This document shows, piece after piece, positions 57,422 to 59,520 of a DNA stretch of 59,520 nt. Every line of letters starts with the position of its first letter. Position 1 is the stretch's first letter. The stretch covers positions 1-59,520 of the forward strand of contig JBOFLH010000671.1 in assembly GCA_051657765.1 (NCBI GenBank). The letters run 5' to 3'. The DNA comes from Nocardioides sp. GTDB lineage: Bacteria > Actinomycetota > Actinomycetes > Propionibacteriales > Nocardioidaceae. A model generated the notes under the pieces. It worked only from the letters and a program-made list of their open reading frames with translations, was not told the DNA's origin and ran no database searches. The position numbers and the translations under genes were made by a program.

Positions 57422-57754
57422 GGATGAAGGCTAACGGCACGAAGGTAGGCATCACCCCGCTACCGGGAACCGAGGCGCACCCCGGTGCTTGTCGCCGAAC
57501 TCGATGACCCTTTCGACCCCAATCGGCAAGCATCGCGATGCGGATCGCGTGCCGGCATCCACCGCGGATGCCCGAGTCACTCCGCCAGTATCGGGCCCAC
57601 GGAGTCCCTTGACGGGCATCTACGACCCGAACCGATGCACCGCGTCCCGCGCGATCACCACTTCGGCAAAGAGCACCTGGCTTAAGATCGCCCGCACAGC
57701 CGCCGACGCGCGCCAGGCGTGGAGGGCTCAAACGCGAGGTAGACAGGTCCAGGT

Positions 57755-58915
57755 ATGGGGTATCGCACGTTCACGAAGGCCGAGTACTCACGGCTGAGAA
57801 GCCAACACAACATCATGGTGCTGGTGGGCAACGGTTTCGACATTCAAGTCACCCGTCGCTACAAGTCCCGCTTCTCTCCCCGCTACCCAGCCTTCTACCA
57901 CTACCTCGCCTCTCGCGACTTCGACTCCTCGAACCTCGTGGTCCAGCAGATGGCTGCCGCCAAGGAGGACGGTCAGGAGAACTGGAGTGACATCGAATCA
58001 GCGATCGGAAACCTCGTCAGACCTGAGGGAGCCTGGCATTCCGCCGACGCCGTGTACGAGGCGACTCTCGCCGTACAGACAGCGTTCTCGGAGTACTTGG
58101 AGCTCGTCGCACCGCCCAAGTTGCTCGCCCGAATCGGACAGGACTCCGCGAGCAACTCCTTGGCCATTAGGTCGATGGCGGATTTGATCGGGGACGTCGC
58201 CGAGGGGTCCCCAACCTTCAGCTCTTTCGCCTTCCCAGAAGAGACCGCTCATTACGACCTCTTCAACTATCTGTTTGTGAACTTCAACTACACGCCTCTG
58301 CTCGACGACTACGTCTTCCGCGACGCCCAGCAGTTCCAACCGCAAGCGCACAAGCATGCCGACCGGAACTTCATGTTTCGACCCAATCCTAAGAACCATT
58401 CGGATGGCCACGGGAACCACGAGACCGGTTGGTCAGGTTACGTCCGCAGCGAAGTCATCCATCCCCACGGGCAACAGTCCATTCCGCGGTCCCTGCTGTT
58501 CGGGATCGACGCCCCCGACGGTCTCGATCAGGGCAGAGACTCACTCCGCAGACTCATGAAGCCGTACTGGGCAATGAGCCGCATCGAGTACAGCCATCTC
58601 TTTCCAGACACGCGACTGTTCATCGTCTTTGGGTGCTCGCTTGGCGAATCGGACGGCTGGTGGTGGCGACGCGTATACGAAGCGTTGAACCGACAGACTG
58701 CTGAAGGATCTCCCCTAAGCGAGCTCATCATCTACTGGTGGACTCCTGTCGCGAACCGCGTCCCAAGGGAAACGGTCCTCGACACCTTCTTCGCCTGTGT
58801 CACAGCCAACTCGGACGCGCCCGAGGCCGAGGCCGAGCGCACAAGCGTAGAAGAGCGGATTCAAGTCGTGGTGTACACCGACGAAAGCGCGCCGGTCTTC
58901 CTCGCCACACCCTGA
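57755..58915 (+). CDS. AbiH-family (SIR2-like fold) abortive infection protein
   Basis: LVGNGFD, NWSDIE, NFNYT, HPHG, FGCSLGESD. Confidence 0.8.
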   Translation: MGYRTFTKAEYSRLRSQHNIMVLVGNGFDIQVTRRYKSRFSPRYPAFYHYLASRDFDSSNLVVQQMAAAKEDGQENWSDIESAIGNLVRPEGAWHSADAVYEATLAVQTAFSEYLELVAPPKLLARIGQDSASNSLAIRSMADLIGDVAEGSPTFSSFAFPEETAHYDLFNYLFVNFNYTPLLDDYVFRDAQQFQPQAHKHADRNFMFRPNPKNHSDGHGNHETGWSGYVRSEVIHPHGQQSIPRSLLFGIDAPDGLDQGRDSLRRLMKPYWAMSRIEYSHLFPDTRLFIVFGCSLGESDGWWWRRVYEALNRQTAEGSPLSELIIYWWTPVANRVPRETVLDTFFACVTANSDAPEAEAERTSVEERIQVVVYTDESAPVFLATP

Positions 58916-59135
58916 CCTCGGGCGGTGACACTCAGCGGACGCCGCACTGGCCATACCGCGAGAACTGACCACGACTGTCGAGAAGGGACGATTTCTGCAT
59001 TCCGATCACAGCCCGCATCACATCGCCGCCGTAGACGCGCGGCCCTACCGCCCTCCCGCGCGACTGGATGCGGTATGTGCTCGTGCGGCCCGGAGTGACG
59101 ATCCGCCACCCATCGGGCCGACGCAGCCAATTCGT

Positions 59136-59239
59136 TGTGTGCAGTTTGTGCGCAGTTGCCCTCTGTCCCGCCGGGCCGCCTACCTGTAGGTTGGGCGTGT
59201 TTCCGCAGTTCAGAGGGCTGCCTGAGACGCTGTGAGACG
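59136..59239 (+). repeat. Short direct repeats, possible integrase arm-type or excisionase sites
   Basis: TGTGYGCAGTT x2 (59136-59157); TGAGACG x2 (59223-59229, 59233-59239), next to the att core. Confidence 0.45.
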
Positions 59240-59244
59240 GTATT

Positions 59245-59295
59245 CAGCAGACTTTTAATCTGTTGGTTGTGGGTTCGAGTCCCACGGGGCCTACC
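59245..59295 (+). tRNA. 3' half of tRNA-Lys(UUU): att-site duplication, not a full gene
   Basis: Anticodon arm GCAGA-CTTTTAA-TCTGT; T arm GTGGG-TTCGAGT-CCCAC; 3' acceptor GGGGCCT-ACC; no D arm or 5' acceptor strand upstream. Confidence 0.85.
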
Positions 59296-59520
59296 GCCAT
59301 CCCTCCACCCCGGGCAGCGACGCGCCCGCTCGAACCGCACTCCCACCACCGCGACGAGGGTCGGGGCCTCGGTCCGTACCGCGATTTTCGGGCCCTTCGA
59401 ACGACAATCCGCGAGCGTTGTCGCCTCGTGCCGGGAGCGATGGCAAGTGACGTCTTGCCAGATTTTGCCACCCCTCATGACACTGATGGCTTCCGTTCAC
59501 GACCACCCCGAGGAGAGTCC

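Larger units (their letters stand above)
1..59295. mobile_element. Large actinobacterial integrative conjugative element (right part; left end and integrase outside the window)
   Basis: VirB4, VirD4-like, relaxase-like, FtsK, primase-helicase and ParA genes; shared private promoter motifs from 4.7 to 52.6 kb; tRNA-Lys 3' fragment at the right end. Confidence 0.85.

Noticed and set aside
59221-59295. Complete tRNA-Lys gene
   Set aside because: The upstream sequence cannot form a D arm or pair with the 3' acceptor strand

Overview
High-GC actinobacterial DNA. Almost all of the window (1..~59295) looks like the right part of one large integrative conjugative element, ending in the duplicated 3' half of a tRNA-Lys(UUU) (att site). 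The integrase and left end are not in the window. Core genes: intein-split VirB4 ATPase with a TcpC/VirB8-like gene, VirD4-like coupling protein, Replic_Relax-type relaxase, FtsK-domain protein, TOPRIM primase-helicase, DinG helicase, RecB-type nuclease, ParA/MinD ATPase, an mIHF-like protein and up to four sigma-70-like proteins. There is a cargo block at ~15.2-22.3 kb and a defence cluster (AbiJ-type nuclease, TM-NUDIX, AbiH) next to the att site. The most striking signal is a private transcription code: three non-canonical, mostly leaderless promoter motifs (16, 5 and 2 copies) sort the core genes into functional classes, which suggests a phage-like sigma cascade. Other signals: a portable 'R-V-x-A-G-x-x-x-GGQF' peptide tag on four unrelated proteins, a minimal GGQ release-factor homologue with a prfB-like UGA site, a 75-bp perfect purine/pyrimidine alternation at the likely oriV, and a 114-nt A-free tract at the likely oriT. 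Many single-base indels suggest assembly errors, so pseudogene calls are provisional. All family calls come from motif recognition by eye, not database searches.
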